From Camelus dromedarius (lineage: Eukaryota): DNA of 64,000 nt. Within the stretch, counting starts at the first letter, position 1; every line of letters starts with the position of its first letter. Of the stretch, positions 29,627 through 41,074 are shown piece after piece. The DNA is taken from assembly GCF_036321535.1 (NCBI RefSeq), contig NC_087436.1, forward strand, positions 88,166,001-88,230,000. Reading direction: 5' to 3'. The translations under genes were made by a program, and so were the position numbers. Under the pieces are notes generated by a model. It was not told the origin of the DNA, searched no databases, and was given only the letters and a program-made list of their open reading frames with translations.

Positions 29627-30206
29627 GAAACTTCAGGCATTTAGGAGAGAGACTAAACTGAAGAAGATTAAGAATACTAACAAGCACCTTTTATGGACCC
29701 TTGCAATTCACTGATGACTTTTTCTGGCAGCATCCACAACCACAGTGTAACTAATGTCAAAAACAGAGATCTGAAGGGGGAAAAAAAAAACTAATTGTTT
29801 AACAGCTGCCAATACCTCCCACAATAACTGTATGAAGAAAGAATTTTTTAATTATTTTACCTACGTGAAAAGAAAAGGGCTAAAAGTGATGCGTATAAAT
29901 ACATTACTTTCTGGAAAAAGAAAAGAATTCTAAGAATGTTTGCAATAATGGCCTCTAATACTGAGACATTGGAAAGCAGGTGAAATGAGGCTGAAATCGA
30001 GGCTGGTTCATTTTAGCTGAAGACCTGCAAAGCCGCTTGGATGTCTGGCAGTCACAAGCATAATCCACAGTTGATGCTTAAATCATCTACATGAAGAACA
30101 TCCAGTCGGATAGATAGACACAGAAAGACTTCTTTGCAAAAACCATTGATTTTTCAACATGTGGGATAAGGGCATGGGTGTTTTGTTTTTTGGTCTGTAT
30201 AAGGAA

Positions 30207-30208
<2 letters not shown>

Positions 30209-30258
<50 letters not shown>
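30209..30258 (+). repeat. Compound microsatellite (TG)17(AG)8
   Basis: Read directly from the sequence. Confidence 0.97.
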
Positions 30259-30571
30259 CTGAGGTGTGTGAATATGTGACAGTCTTATTTTCAAGGTATG
30301 GATGTTTGGTGATAACGTCTCAGAGCATGCCTAAAAGAGCACTGCAAGATTATTTTTGAAAAAATTTTATTTTATTAGATCTAACTCTTCATAGTGTGTA
30401 AATGTTAGAACATTTTAATAATATTTTAAAACTGGGCTTTCCCAGTCTTTCGAAAAGAAATAATATATCTGTTAACGTTATTGGAATGCTGCTCAGTTCT
30501 CTGATCAGTGCTTATGTTACGATTGTTGATAACTAACCAAAGTAGATGCCTGCAGAGACTTTAAAATGTAA

Positions 30572-30577
30572 AATAAA
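30572..30577 (+). terminator. Candidate proximal FRYL polyadenylation signal
   Basis: AATAAA preceded by TGTA. Confidence 0.5.
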
Positions 30578-31299
30578 GATGTATGCTGCCCGCCAGCTCT
30601 TCTCATTAGAAAAGTTAACTTATTTTACTCCATAATTATTATAGAAACTGTATAGATTAAAACCAGTATTTTCTTGTACATTTGTGCAACGCACTGTTAT
30701 ACAAGAATAGGTGTACAAAGCTAAAGAAAACATTGTGGTCATTGATGGTAGAATATATGGCTTGCAGGCCCTGAAGTCTGCAGAATTCAAGAAGAGAGAT
30801 GCACATGCATTTTTATAAGTTTATTCAGGACTCACGTGTTTCACCCTAAAGGAACCTGGGGCTCTGGGGGAAGACAAAAGGAAGCCTGAAGACAGACTAC
30901 CAAAACATGCCATATCCTGAGTCACTGTCCAGGTCTGTAGCATAACATGAACTGGATTCTCTGTCCTTTTTTAAAATAGCATTTTGTAAAAGAAATGAAT
31001 GTAGTCCCACAATTCCTCTGATTTGAAAGGAACAACTTGTATTTTTTATATGCATCTCTGATCCACTGTGACTCTTCTTTTAAACTGGGCTCTGGGATTC
31101 CAGAGTTTAGAATGTAGACGTGAAATGCTTAGCTTTGCCTTTTCTTGGGGGTGTGGACCCTGCCAGAAATGGAATTATGCTCAAGTGCATTACCTGAGGG
31201 CACTGGCATGCCGTGGGACTGCTGACTAGAGTTGTTACCTGTAAAACTCTGTAACTGGTCACAGCACATTCATAATCACTGTATTTTTTTGACCCTGAT

Positions 31300-31302
<3 letters not shown>

Positions 31303-31336
<34 letters not shown>
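31303..31336 (+). repeat. (AC)17 microsatellite
   Basis: Read directly from the sequence. Confidence 0.97.
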
Positions 31337-31339
<3 letters not shown>

Positions 31340-31503
31340 TATTTTGATGGTGTTCTGGTACTGTAAATGGTGTCCTTTAAATTATTTAATAACTTTTGGG
31401 TGCGGGGCAGGAAGAGAGGGGTGGTGTCCAGAGACACGCCACACTTTACGTCCTATCTGACCATCCCCTATTTTTCTCACCCTCCTCATATCCTTTTTGT
31501 TAA

Positions 31504-31545
31504 AATAAAAAGCATTGTAGCTGTTGGTTTGTGTTGTATTTTAAG
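31504..31545 (+). terminator. Candidate distal FRYL poly(A) signal with GU-rich downstream element
   Basis: AATAAA at 31504-31509 followed by ctgttggtttgtgttgtatttt. Confidence 0.7.
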
Positions 31546-32994
31546 AAAGGATGAATGACTATAGTGTGCATAATTAAGGAACTCCTCAAACATTGCTTTC
31601 ATTATTCATAGAAAATAATTTTCCTTCAAGAAGAGAGAACAGATTAAGTTCAATTGACTAATTACCCAAAACAAACCTTCCAAACAGTTGAAATTTCCTT
31701 TTCCTATTTATATGTAACTAAGCCTATTAATAATGTAATAGAAATGAATACAGTGGCAGAAAGCAAGATGCAGATGTAGTCATTAGGATTGTCCTTTTGC
31801 AAGCGGATTTTATTAAAACGTACACCATTTTGCTCCTCGTCCTCTAGACCCAGATTCTGCATTTATTAACAAAATATATCAAATTCTTAAGTTATCTATC
31901 ACCTCAGTTCAAGCAGAGCCCAGTTTTTGCTCATACAACCTTTCTCTTTTCCCCACTAAATTTATTATTTTTAAATAGTAAGTTTGTGAAATAACAGCAA
32001 GAGATCTGGCAGTTTCTCCATGCTGCTTCTAAAGTAGAAAGCCAAAGGATTTTTACTCAATTTATAACACATTTTCTACTTTTAGTGATGTAAGATGGAG
32101 GATGTGGTACCCCCCGCCCCGTTCCCCGAGTCTACCTTAAATTTAGGAAACCGTCACACGTTCGTTCGCTTGGAACAGACTCACCAAAGCTGGAGTGAGC
32201 CTCCCTCCTTTAGGTCTATGAGAACTGCTCAGACACCAGCATAACCTGCACGAAAGGAAATAAGAATCAATGTCATTATAATTGTACTTTATGGCATTCT
32301 TATTTTTAAATTTCCAAAGTAATCGATCCACTGTCAGTTAAGCAAGTGTAAGAAACACGAAGAAAACTAGAATCACGTCTCTTGACAGGCAGAGAGATCA
32401 GTACTCCAGGGTATTTCCTTCTAGCCTCTCTTGCTCAAAATCACTTTTTATAAATTTCCAATAAACAGTTTGACAGTGCCTTATTGCAAATACTGTCTTC
32501 ACCATAATCCTTGAGTTTTTGTACCACTTTGTTCAATGTCTGAATGGTCATTAACTCTAAAACACACCTTGATCCTTGTTTTCCTCAACTGTAAAATAGA
32601 GTTACCTGCTCTATTAGGAAAATCAATGGCAAACAATGTTAAGTTTTAAGAGATTAGTAGCTATTCTAACAGCTGTGTTAATAACCACTGAATTTGTCTT
32701 AGGACTCATTGCAGGTATGTTTGTATTGTCCCTCATTTGTTCAGCAAATGCTCAGGGTGCATATATTATGTACCACTTGCATGCCATGTTGTCAGCTCAG
32801 TTTCCTACCCCATACACTCCCTCAGCCACGTCAGTAGTTAAGTGTTAGAGCAAAACCCACCACCTTCACCCACACCTGGAGTTATTGTCCTTCATTTCCA
32901 TTTGGCCCCACCACCACCTTATCTGATCTTTGCAAGACTCCTGACTGGTTTACAGGCATCTGCTGTACTCAGTGATTACTTAAAGGTGAATCTG

Positions 32995-33103
32995 GGGGTG
33001 AGGCTATAGCTCAGTGGTAGCGCATGTGCTGAGCACGCGCCAGGTCCTGGGTTCAATCCCCACTACCTCCATTAAAAACTTTCTTTAATAAAGCAATAGA
33101 TTA
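32995..33103 (+). mobile_element. tRNA-derived camelid-type SINE (short form) with 14-bp TSD
   Basis: A box tagctcagtgg, B box ggttcaatccc; perfect TSD taaaggtgaatctg at 32981-32994 and 33104-33117. Confidence 0.92.
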
Positions 33104-34683
33104 TAAAGGTGAATCTGTTTGTCCCCATGCCTCACCAAAGCTTTAAAACCTTTCAGTGGATTCTCACCGGTGATACATGAAGACCAGTCCTCTGGAACAA
33201 GGCCCTAAAGTCCTCCCGACCTGGGTTTACCAGCTGTGCCTGCCATCATGCCCATCCCTGTCTTCCAGGGTTTTCTACCACTGGGCCTTTGCAAATGTTG
33301 GCTTAGTCTGGGGAAGTTCTTTCTCCTTCCCCTCTTCATCTAATTCAACTCATTTGAACTTCAGCTCAGCTGAGATGTCAGTTTTTAGGCAAGACTTCCC
33401 TGACCTCCCAAGTCAGATTTTTTTTTTTCCCTACCAAGCAGTTACTAAGTAGCTCTTCCATACCACATGGCAGAACTTTTATGCAAGAATTACATTCCCA
33501 CTACATGGAATTTTATCCTGGCAGAGGCCAAATCCACGTTTCTCTGTGGTAAGTGCAAGGCTGACTCAATTGTGGTTTTCACACTCAATTCCATAAGCAA
33601 CTCCTGGATGCTTATTAAATGCTTCACCTCATCCAGATAGTGATTCAGTAGGGATAGGGGCCTAAGATCTGCATTTTTATAGACATCTTTCTAGGTCCAT
33701 ATGGTTACACAGGCCCTTCCCCTTGCTATAAGGGTTCTAAAGACTTTTAACTCATTTTAGTTTCTTTTATTCTGTGTATTTGTCTACATACAAGCATCCA
33801 AGATGTTATCAGACTTACTACATATGGCCTAAGGGAATAAGGGTTAACTTAAGTGGGATGGTTAGAAAATTGGAAGGCGGAATAATTAGCACCTGGTTCC
33901 AATTATGTGGTTTCTGTAACCAGGAAACCAACAGCCCTCAACTCTTGATTTCATTAGAATCCTTCGTGTCACTCCCCCAGCCCCACACACCAGGAGCACT
34001 CTGGTGCAGGGCCGCAGTGTTTTCCTGGTAATCCAGTAGGAAGCTATTAGGTGCAGTTGGATGAGAATCCCCCTGTTAGATGGCACCAGATACCATTTCC
34101 ACCTACAGAGCTGCAAGTCCATAACAAGTAAGACTAAAGCTGTCTCTAACTTAAAATACATTTAGGAGAATCTTTTTAAGTTAACTTCAAATGGACTTCA
34201 GCTGGCCATTTGTTAGTTAACATCTTCAAGCTGCCCTTAGCCACCCTGTTCCAATTGGCACCTGTTCCACATCTGTGACATTGTGATTAGCAAGTCACCA
34301 GCTCTCACAGCTTTTCTCCCAGAGTAGTTTGTTGCCACTAAACTGAGGTCACCTGTAAGCACCAACGCTCCCAGACACTCTGGGTTCTGACTCTGGGTTA
34401 CCCTCTCCCCGCAAGGCCTGGCTCCACCGCCTCCTCCCCTAGAAGAATGCTTATTTGAATTAATGGCTTTTTAGTCAATTTCTTATAAGTATCAGCACTA
34501 TAGACCCTAAGCAGTAAACCTCACATCTGTGAACCCCTCAAACTCTCAAGTGACCAACCTAGTTCAGAGCCTGGCCGCTTCCATCTGCAATGGACAATAT
34601 TAAAGCAACAGGCCCAGACTGTTAACACAAGCTCTCCTAAATTTTAAGGATATTACACAATGTATCAATTACTTTGCAATGCT

Positions 34684-34689
34684 TTTATT
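34684..34689 (-). terminator. ZAR1 polyadenylation signal
   Basis: AATAAA on the - strand, ~145 nt after the stop. Confidence 0.75.
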
Positions 34690-34833
34690 TGACAGCTTTG
34701 TCAAATACAGCCTTTCATGAAGTAATTTGAGGCGGGAGAGGCAGGAAGGAGAAGGGGCATGGAAAAAAGCTCACTTGTCTGCTCCACGAGCACACGTTCA
34801 GCAGGACCAGGGTTTTGGTTTTTTCACATTCAT

Positions 34834-34977
34834 TTAAATTATGTATTTGAAACTGAAAGTGCTGTCGCAGGATAGGCGTTTGCCTTTGCATCTCCCACAC
34901 AGGTCTTGACGATGGGGCCTTTTGGGGTCCACATGGCGCAGTTTTACCGGGCAGGAGCATCTAGTCTGTTTACAATT
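34834..34977 (-). CDS. ZAR1: ZAR1 exon 4 (NCKQTRCSCPVKLRHVDPKRPHRQDLCGRCKGKRLSCDSTFSFKYII*)
   Basis: ttctccag| acceptor; canonical FSFKYII end; TAA stop; total 391 aa. Confidence 0.97.
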   Translation of the reverse strand, partial: NCKQTRCSCPVKLRHVDPKRPHRQDLCGRCKGKRLSCDSTFSFKYII

Positions 34978-36200
34978 CTGGAGAAAACAAAAAACAAAAA
35001 CAAAGTGAGAAGTACATACAGAAGATAAACCCTTGGCAATGTCCTGGCACTTTCACGTTCATTTTCTAGTGCATTCAAATACTAACTGAATGCACTCCAA
35101 GCAAGGTCCTGTGCTCATCCTGTTCTGTCCACATCTCTCCCCAGCAACGACAGGGTCAGAAGGAACAGAGCATTTAACCACGCAGTCCTGCTCCCACGCT
35201 GCCTAGACTTCAATTCTGAACTGTGAAGTTTCTTTTGAAGCAGTTTAAGAGGAAATCTTTTCCTACACTCGAAGGGTGGAGAACGAGCAAGCAGGAGAGA
35301 GAGGAGTTTGACACTGAAGTGCGAGGCTAGAACTAGCAGGCCTGACATCAGTGGCTGATCTCGGGCCTCCACCTGCTGCAAAGGACCTCAAAGCTGAGGC
35401 ACAAGGCAGAGCAGCAACTGCTGGGCCAAGAGCAGAGTGCTCATGGCATCTCACTTTAGAACTTACCCCAGGTCTAGCTTAGTCTAAGTTTGCCATACTT
35501 GGTTTCTCTCCACCCTACTCCGTGCAGTGGTCATGCGGCCAGCGTCCACCTTAAGTGCATCGATTAGGCTGTCTCATCTGGCAAGTCAGGCTCCACTAGC
35601 TGTGTAGCCAGTTCAATCCCTTCTTCCCCCTTCGATTCTCTAAGCCCTTTATCACAAGTGCAGTGCTTACTTAACAGAAACAAGCAACATGTTGCCAGTT
35701 AACCCCATCAAGTTGGGCAACTTAAGTTTACTTTAAAACAAAGCCCTTTCTGAACTCTCAGGCAGAAATGGAAACTTTAAAAAACCTGTGATTTTACTAA
35801 ATACTCTAACTCGAGTATGTGCTTCACAAAATGCATTTGGGTAAAATGTCAACCTTTACCATCAAATGTTAGTAGAAAGGTATTCTGGTTTTCAGTTTGC
35901 TTTCTCCTACACTAGACTGAGTTGCAGGTAAAGCAAATGTTTTTCCATATTGCAAGTGAGGTAACAGCCCCTAGAGATGTTAACATGTCCAAGGTCTGCA
36001 AGGGCAGGAGGAAGCTAACACCGAAGCCCTGTTTCCCAGTTGAGCATTATTTCTACAGCTTCTACCAGAAAGCAGTCAAAACCTCAGGTCACGGGGAACC
36101 TAGGCGCTTTTAGAAAATACATTTTAAGAAACTCCCTACCCCCCCCAACCTTCTGACCACTATCCAGTTCAGACACAAAATGCAAAAACACTTGATTTAC

Positions 36201-36275
36201 TTGACACACGATATCCTCCACTCGGTAAGGGTTATAAGACTTCTGACATGTTCTGCAGAACTGCTTGTAGTAAAC
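36201..36275 (-). CDS. ZAR1: ZAR1 exon 3 (VYYKQFCRTCQKSYNPYRVEDIVCQ)
   Basis: tcacag| and CAA|gtaaat; 75 nt. Confidence 0.97.
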
Positions 36276-36359
36276 CTGTGACGGAAGAGACGAAGAACTT
36301 CAAGCCAAAGCCCCGGAACCTTTCCGTCCCGACGACACCAGTTGTGTGGTGTTTCTTAC

Positions 36360-36452
36360 CTTGTTAGTGCCTTGCACACACCACACGTAGGCACTTTCCC
36401 ATCGGATGTTGCAGTCCTTGCAGTGATAGTAGCCATATTTCTGCTCTAAGAA
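36360..36452 (-). CDS. ZAR1: ZAR1 exon 2 (FLEQKYGYYHCKDCNIRWESAYVWCVQGTNK)
   Basis: gctcag| and AAG|gtaaga; 93 nt; start of the conserved C-terminal zinc finger. Confidence 0.97.
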
Positions 36453-37559
36453 CTGAGCAAAAGGATAGCAGAGTTTCACCAACATGACGTCTGAATTATC
36501 CTTCACTTCAGAAGCCTGGGGAGACCTCTTTGATACTTAAAACTAGCAGCTCCACTCCAGATCAGAGGAAAGCAGAATCAAGTTCAAGTCAGCCTCCCCG
36601 GTGTAATAATTAGGGAAGCTAATGGCTTTATCAAGCAGAAGAGCATGGGCCCACGAGAGTCTATGAGCCAGATTAACTTGGTTCATAAAGCACATCAATG
36701 GTTTATTAGGTGGGTGTTTTCGCTCAGACAGGCGGAGGAAAGCCAAACATCCAGGGCTCCCGAACCCTGGGTTTGTCTCTGTAGGACATACACGAATGCG
36801 GAGGTTAAACAGAAGAAAGAGAATAAAACTCAGCATCCTAAAATAACCTTGGGTGAGCACCTTGAAGAAAGTTCTCTACGCTGCTAATAAAGTTTCCAGC
36901 AAACAGTGGTGTTAGGAAACTAAGCCATAATTCATACTTAATGTGAACAAAAGTAGCATCGCCTTATCCTTAAGTTTTTCTTCCCTCTCAGTAAGAAGTT
37001 ATAATCAAGTCTTGGTGCGGGGGCAGGGGTTAGGCCTTTAGAATTGTTAGGAACTTTGGAGAAGACAGTGCAATTTCACAGGTGAGCAAAGTTAAGACTT
37101 AAGAGCGCACATGGTTTGGAGCAGGCACAGCTTGTGTATAAACTTCTTGACTCACTCTTCCTTTGCTTCCCCCATCCCCACTAAACAGCCCTGGGGTCCC
37201 TGGAAGAGACCCAGAAGGACTCCTCCAGACCTCTTGCTACCTCTCATGCCTTTCCAATTCCCTGGGTTACAACCCCCTCAGTGTGCTCCAGCCCTTTAGG
37301 GTTCAGGCAAGTGCCAGGGGCTCTCCAAGCCTGCCGCTCTTGGGAAGCAGCGCAAGGTAGCGCAAATGTTTCAGCCATACTCAGATTTCTGAACAGGGGT
37401 GCTTCTTAAAGAGCAAGGAAGGATCCTGACCAGGACCCCAGCAGGAGGCTGTTTCAGCTTTTAACACACTGAATTTGAAAATGTGAATGTAATCCTCGGG
37501 ACTCGACTCTCCTTGCCAGTAAATTCACCTTCTAATCTTCTGAGCCGCATCCTAGATCA

Positions 37560-38950
37560 TCCACGTGCCGGATCCACACAAGACTACTCGCCCGCGGCCA
37601 GGGCTTTATAGAGTAAATACACTCCACTCAGAATAAGAACGTCAAAAGGGCGTCTCCTTGGCCACCCCTGTGGGGCCGGTGTCTTACCATCGCAGCAACA
37701 ATCAAGCTACGCTCGATTTAATTCCGTCGGAGAAAGATACCGGCAGGTGCGGAAACGCACATAGACGGGTCCCTGCCTAAGGGGGCGCGGCGCCTCCGCC
37801 AGTCGCGAGCAGCCGCAGGGCGAGAGCGGAGACGGGAGCCTGGAGAACGCACAGCCCCAGGGTTCCCCAGGCCAGTTCCCCGGCCAACTCGGAACTCACC
37901 TGGAAACGCAGGCGCTCCTTGCCTGGCTGGGGGCTCTGCGACGGCGATCTCTCGTCTGCGGCGTCCGGGGCCCTGGGCACCGGCGGGGACTGCTCCTGGC
38001 TCACCGACACTGCGGCCTGGGCCTCGTCCTCCTCCTCGGACTGCGGCCCTTGGGGCGTCTTCCTCGCTGACCCCTCGCCCTCCTCCGAGCCTCGGGGCCT
38101 GGCAGGTGGCGGCCCTCGCTCTCCCTCCGGCTCCCCAGGCCTCTGCTCACCCGCCGCGGCCTCGGCCCCTTCCAGGAGGGTGGCGAGGCGGCGGGAGGCC
38201 ATGGGCGAGTACACGGCGATGGTGCGCGGGAAGCGCACGGGCCGCGGGGCGCCGCTCAGCGGGCTGCCCTGCTCCGGGTCCCGGCGGGCCGGCTGCGGGG
38301 AGGGTGGGCCGCTGCCGCCCGCTCCCGCAGCGCCCTCGGGGCCGGGGCCAGGCGGGGGGCCGGGCTCGCGGGCCCTGCGCAGCAGCGTGCGCCGCCCCAG
38401 CGAGCACTGCACCGAGACGTCGCGGCGCTGGGTCACCTGCACCGCCGCGTCCTGAACGCCGGCCCGGCCAGGCCGCGGGGCGAGACCCGGGCTCACTTGC
38501 GACAGGAGGGCCATGAGCTGCGCCGGCTGGTAGCTGTGGAAGTACTCGGCGGCCGCCAGCTGCCCGTAGACCGGGAAAGACGACGAAGACGCACCGTCAG
38601 AGGAGGAGGAAACAGAAGGGTAGCCCCGGTCCCGGTGCCGCCAGCCTCCCCCGCCCACCGCGCCCTTGCCCTTGGCGGCGGCCGGGTAGGGGCACGGGTA
38701 CGAGTAGAGGGCACACGCCGGGTACACGTAACCGTCCAGCACCTCGTCCCCCAGAGCAGCCATCGGCGCACCCCTGCCGCTCCCGCCCGCCGCCCCTGCG
38801 CCCTAAATAGGCGGCCTCCCGGGGGCAGCCGGGCGCGGGCTCCACCCCCGCTAGCCTGGCTGCGCGGACCCCGCACCCTTCCCGCCACCTCTCGTGTTCC
38901 CGCGTCCCCACCGAGGGAGCCCCTCCTCGACCTTCTCAGTGGGGAAATCG
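37560..38950. promoter_or_regulatory. CpG island over ZAR1 exon 1 and promoter
   Basis: Very GC- and CpG-dense by eye; TATTTA box (- strand) at 38804-38809, ~40 nt before the ATG; boundaries approximate. Confidence 0.85.
37900..38763 (-). CDS. ZAR1: Zygote arrest 1, exon 1 (288 codons, MAALGDEVLDGY...ERLRFQ)
   Basis: ATG at 38763; characteristic ZAR1 N-terminus and VQCSLGRRTL and RFPRTIAVYSP motifs; CAG|gtgagt donor. Confidence 0.97.
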
Positions 38951-39189
38951 GCACAAATACCCTTAGATGATCTGCAAAGAAGGCTTTCTTGTGGTGCAAG
39001 AATTGATCCGTAAGTGAACTTCCCCCAGGTGAAGAGGATTCCCCCAGGATGAGCTGAGACAGGTGGCCCCCATCCCTCGATTATTCCCGGGATCTGCGCC
39101 CCCGGGAAGCTGAGGAGAGGCTCAACCAGCCTGTGGCGTGAGCAAAAACGCGAAGGTTTGGGTCTGATACCTAGGATCTCAGATTATAG

Positions 39190-39633
39190 TTTATTTAATT
39201 ATCTCAGAGCTGCTCTGTGAAATCTACGCATTCAACCCTTTCAGTAAGTGCAGAGGGAAAGCCCTCCAGGGCGCCCGTATCTAGGCTAATTGTTTTTTCC
39301 CTTGGAGAACGTCCTCCCTCCCCCAACCCCCACCTCAAATGGTGAGCAGGAGGTGCTGCTGAGTTCCACGAGGGACTAACGACTATGGCAATTCTCTGTG
39401 GTGGATAGTCGTTCTACAAATCATCCCTCCAAAAGATAAACTGATTTACAGTGTGTTTACATAAATGCAGAAGACCAGATCAGTCCCCAGTTGAAAAGAA
39501 AATGTTTTGTCCACTAGAAAAAATGTTGGCTGTTCATTACAAATAGGTATCAGATCAAGTAATCAAATACATTAATGTAATTTTTGATTTGATACAGGTT
39601 TGACAATAAAATACTATATTGCATTGTTTTAAT
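39190..39633 (-). terminator. Candidate SLC10A4 poly(A) signals: ATTAAA 39628-39633 and AATAAA 39190-39195
   Basis: Hexamers on the - strand, each with a U-rich stretch downstream; which is used cannot be told from sequence. Confidence 0.5.
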
Positions 39634-40096
39634 TGACCTGTTTTAGGATTTTTCTGAATACAGGTCAAATTTTAACAGTGTCAAGTATTTATAAGCTGAG
39701 AGAGCACTTTTTTTTTTTACAACAATTACATTAAACTAAACTATGCTTTACAAATATAGCGTGTTTTTACTCATACGAGATAGTGCGTCAAAATTCTACA
39801 TTTCCAAGACCCTGTCTTCTAAGAGTTAATACATGGTGAAAACCAAAAAGCACATTTAACTTGTTCAGGCATCACTCCAGCAGTCCCAGGTGCAAGTTAC
39901 ATTATGACATTGATTTGCAACTTATGAAAATGGATTTATATACCAATGCAACTTTACTGGTAGTCAGATCAAAACTGTTACATTGTATAATAATGTGAAC
40001 CAATTGTTGTTCCTTAAGTAAACCATAGACACTACCACAGACCATAAATATGAAGTAATATTTCAACAAGGCAGAGGCTCCCGTGTATCTCCGTAT

Positions 40097-40609
40097 TTAG
40101 AGTGAAGTCTGAGTGGTTTCCATCATAATTAAATTATCTGTTTTCACTGTGCCATAGGAAGTGTCTGCCATTTCCTCTTCTTTTAGTTTCTTATAAGAAA
40201 TATCTGTATCTTCATCTTCATCTAGAAGATCTTGCTTGTGCAATGTTCCACTTCCATATATTTTATAAATTAAAACAAAAATCCCGGCTTCTGCAGACTG
40301 GAAAAGGGCATAAAGCAAGGGAAACATGTACATACTTCCTATGTATTGTGGTGGAAAGGCCAGTTTTAGGACGGCAGTACAGAGCTGCACGTTCTGGCTG
40401 CCTGTTTCCAGGCACACAGTCCTCTTGCAGTTGGGTGGAAGATGGAAGAGAGTGGCTAAGCCGTAGCCCGAGGCGTAGCCTGCCAAAGGCATTATAATCG
40501 CTGCTACGTAAACAGCTGCAGAAATACTTGCCAGCAGTTCAGGTCCTAACATAGTGCCAGTCAGTATGAAAAGGACCACCAGCGTCATTAGCAGAGACCA
40601 CAGGGAAAC
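40097..40609 (-). CDS. SLC10A4: SLC10A4 exon 3 (VSLWSLLMT...METTQTSL*)
   Basis: ttactag| acceptor; LETGSQNVQLC sodium-site motif; TAA stop; total 439 aa. Confidence 0.97.
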   Translation of the reverse strand, partial: VSLWSLLMTLVVLFILTGTMLGPELLASISAAVYVAAIIMPLAGYASGYGLATLFHLPPNCKRTVCLETGSQNVQLCTAVLKLAFPPQYIGSMYMFPLLYALFQSAEAGIFVLIYKIYGSGTLHKQDLLDEDEDTDISYKKLKEEEMADTSYGTVKTDNLIMMETTQTSL

Positions 40610-41074
40610 CTAGTAAAAGAAAATGGGTAAACAAGCCATCAAAAATCAGATGGTTGAAGAGAAATTCAGGCAAGGGAATCCTGGGCTTTTGGATGAGAAG
40701 AGCCATCTAGTCTGGCCTCCTACACAAAATGGAGATCTTCGCCATTAAAAGCCTTTGACAGAGTCTGAAGACGGGGAGATCACCTCTTCAGGAGGCATCC
40801 AGGCCATGCCGGACAGCTCTAATTGTTTGAAGGCCTATCCTTATGTCTAGTGACAATTTGCCTTCTACAGCTGCTAGCCACTGTCTTGGACAGGCCCTTG
40901 GGAGCAGCATAGACCAGACAGACTACTCCTCCTGCAGAACAGCCTCCAAAAATTTAGAAAACAGTTATGAAAGGTAGGCTACTCTTCTCCAGGGGCAGAC
41001 CGTCCTAGGCGTTCATCCTCAATCCCATAACTCCATTTTGGAATCCTGGCTGTTTAGTTTGTGAGTGTGCCTCT

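Larger units (their letters stand above)
29627..31525 (+). other. FRYL: FRYL 3'UTR (to the putative distal cleavage site)
   Basis: AT-rich sequence after the stop; AATAAA at 30572 and 31504; end position inferred. Confidence 0.65.

Noticed and set aside
32995..33065. tRNA-like sequence with A and B boxes
   Set aside because: Has a tail and a TSD and matches other SINE copies; it is a SINE, not a tRNA gene.
34715..34960. Possible frameshift in ZAR1 exon 4, suggested by the 81-aa alternative-frame ORF
   Set aside because: Recounting gives GAC CCC AAA AGG CCC CAT, so the canonical frame is intact to FKYII*.
37919..38999. Several 86-178 aa ORFs overlapping ZAR1 exon 1 on both strands
   Set aside because: Expected stop-codon depletion in a GC-rich CpG island; low-complexity products with no recognisable domain.
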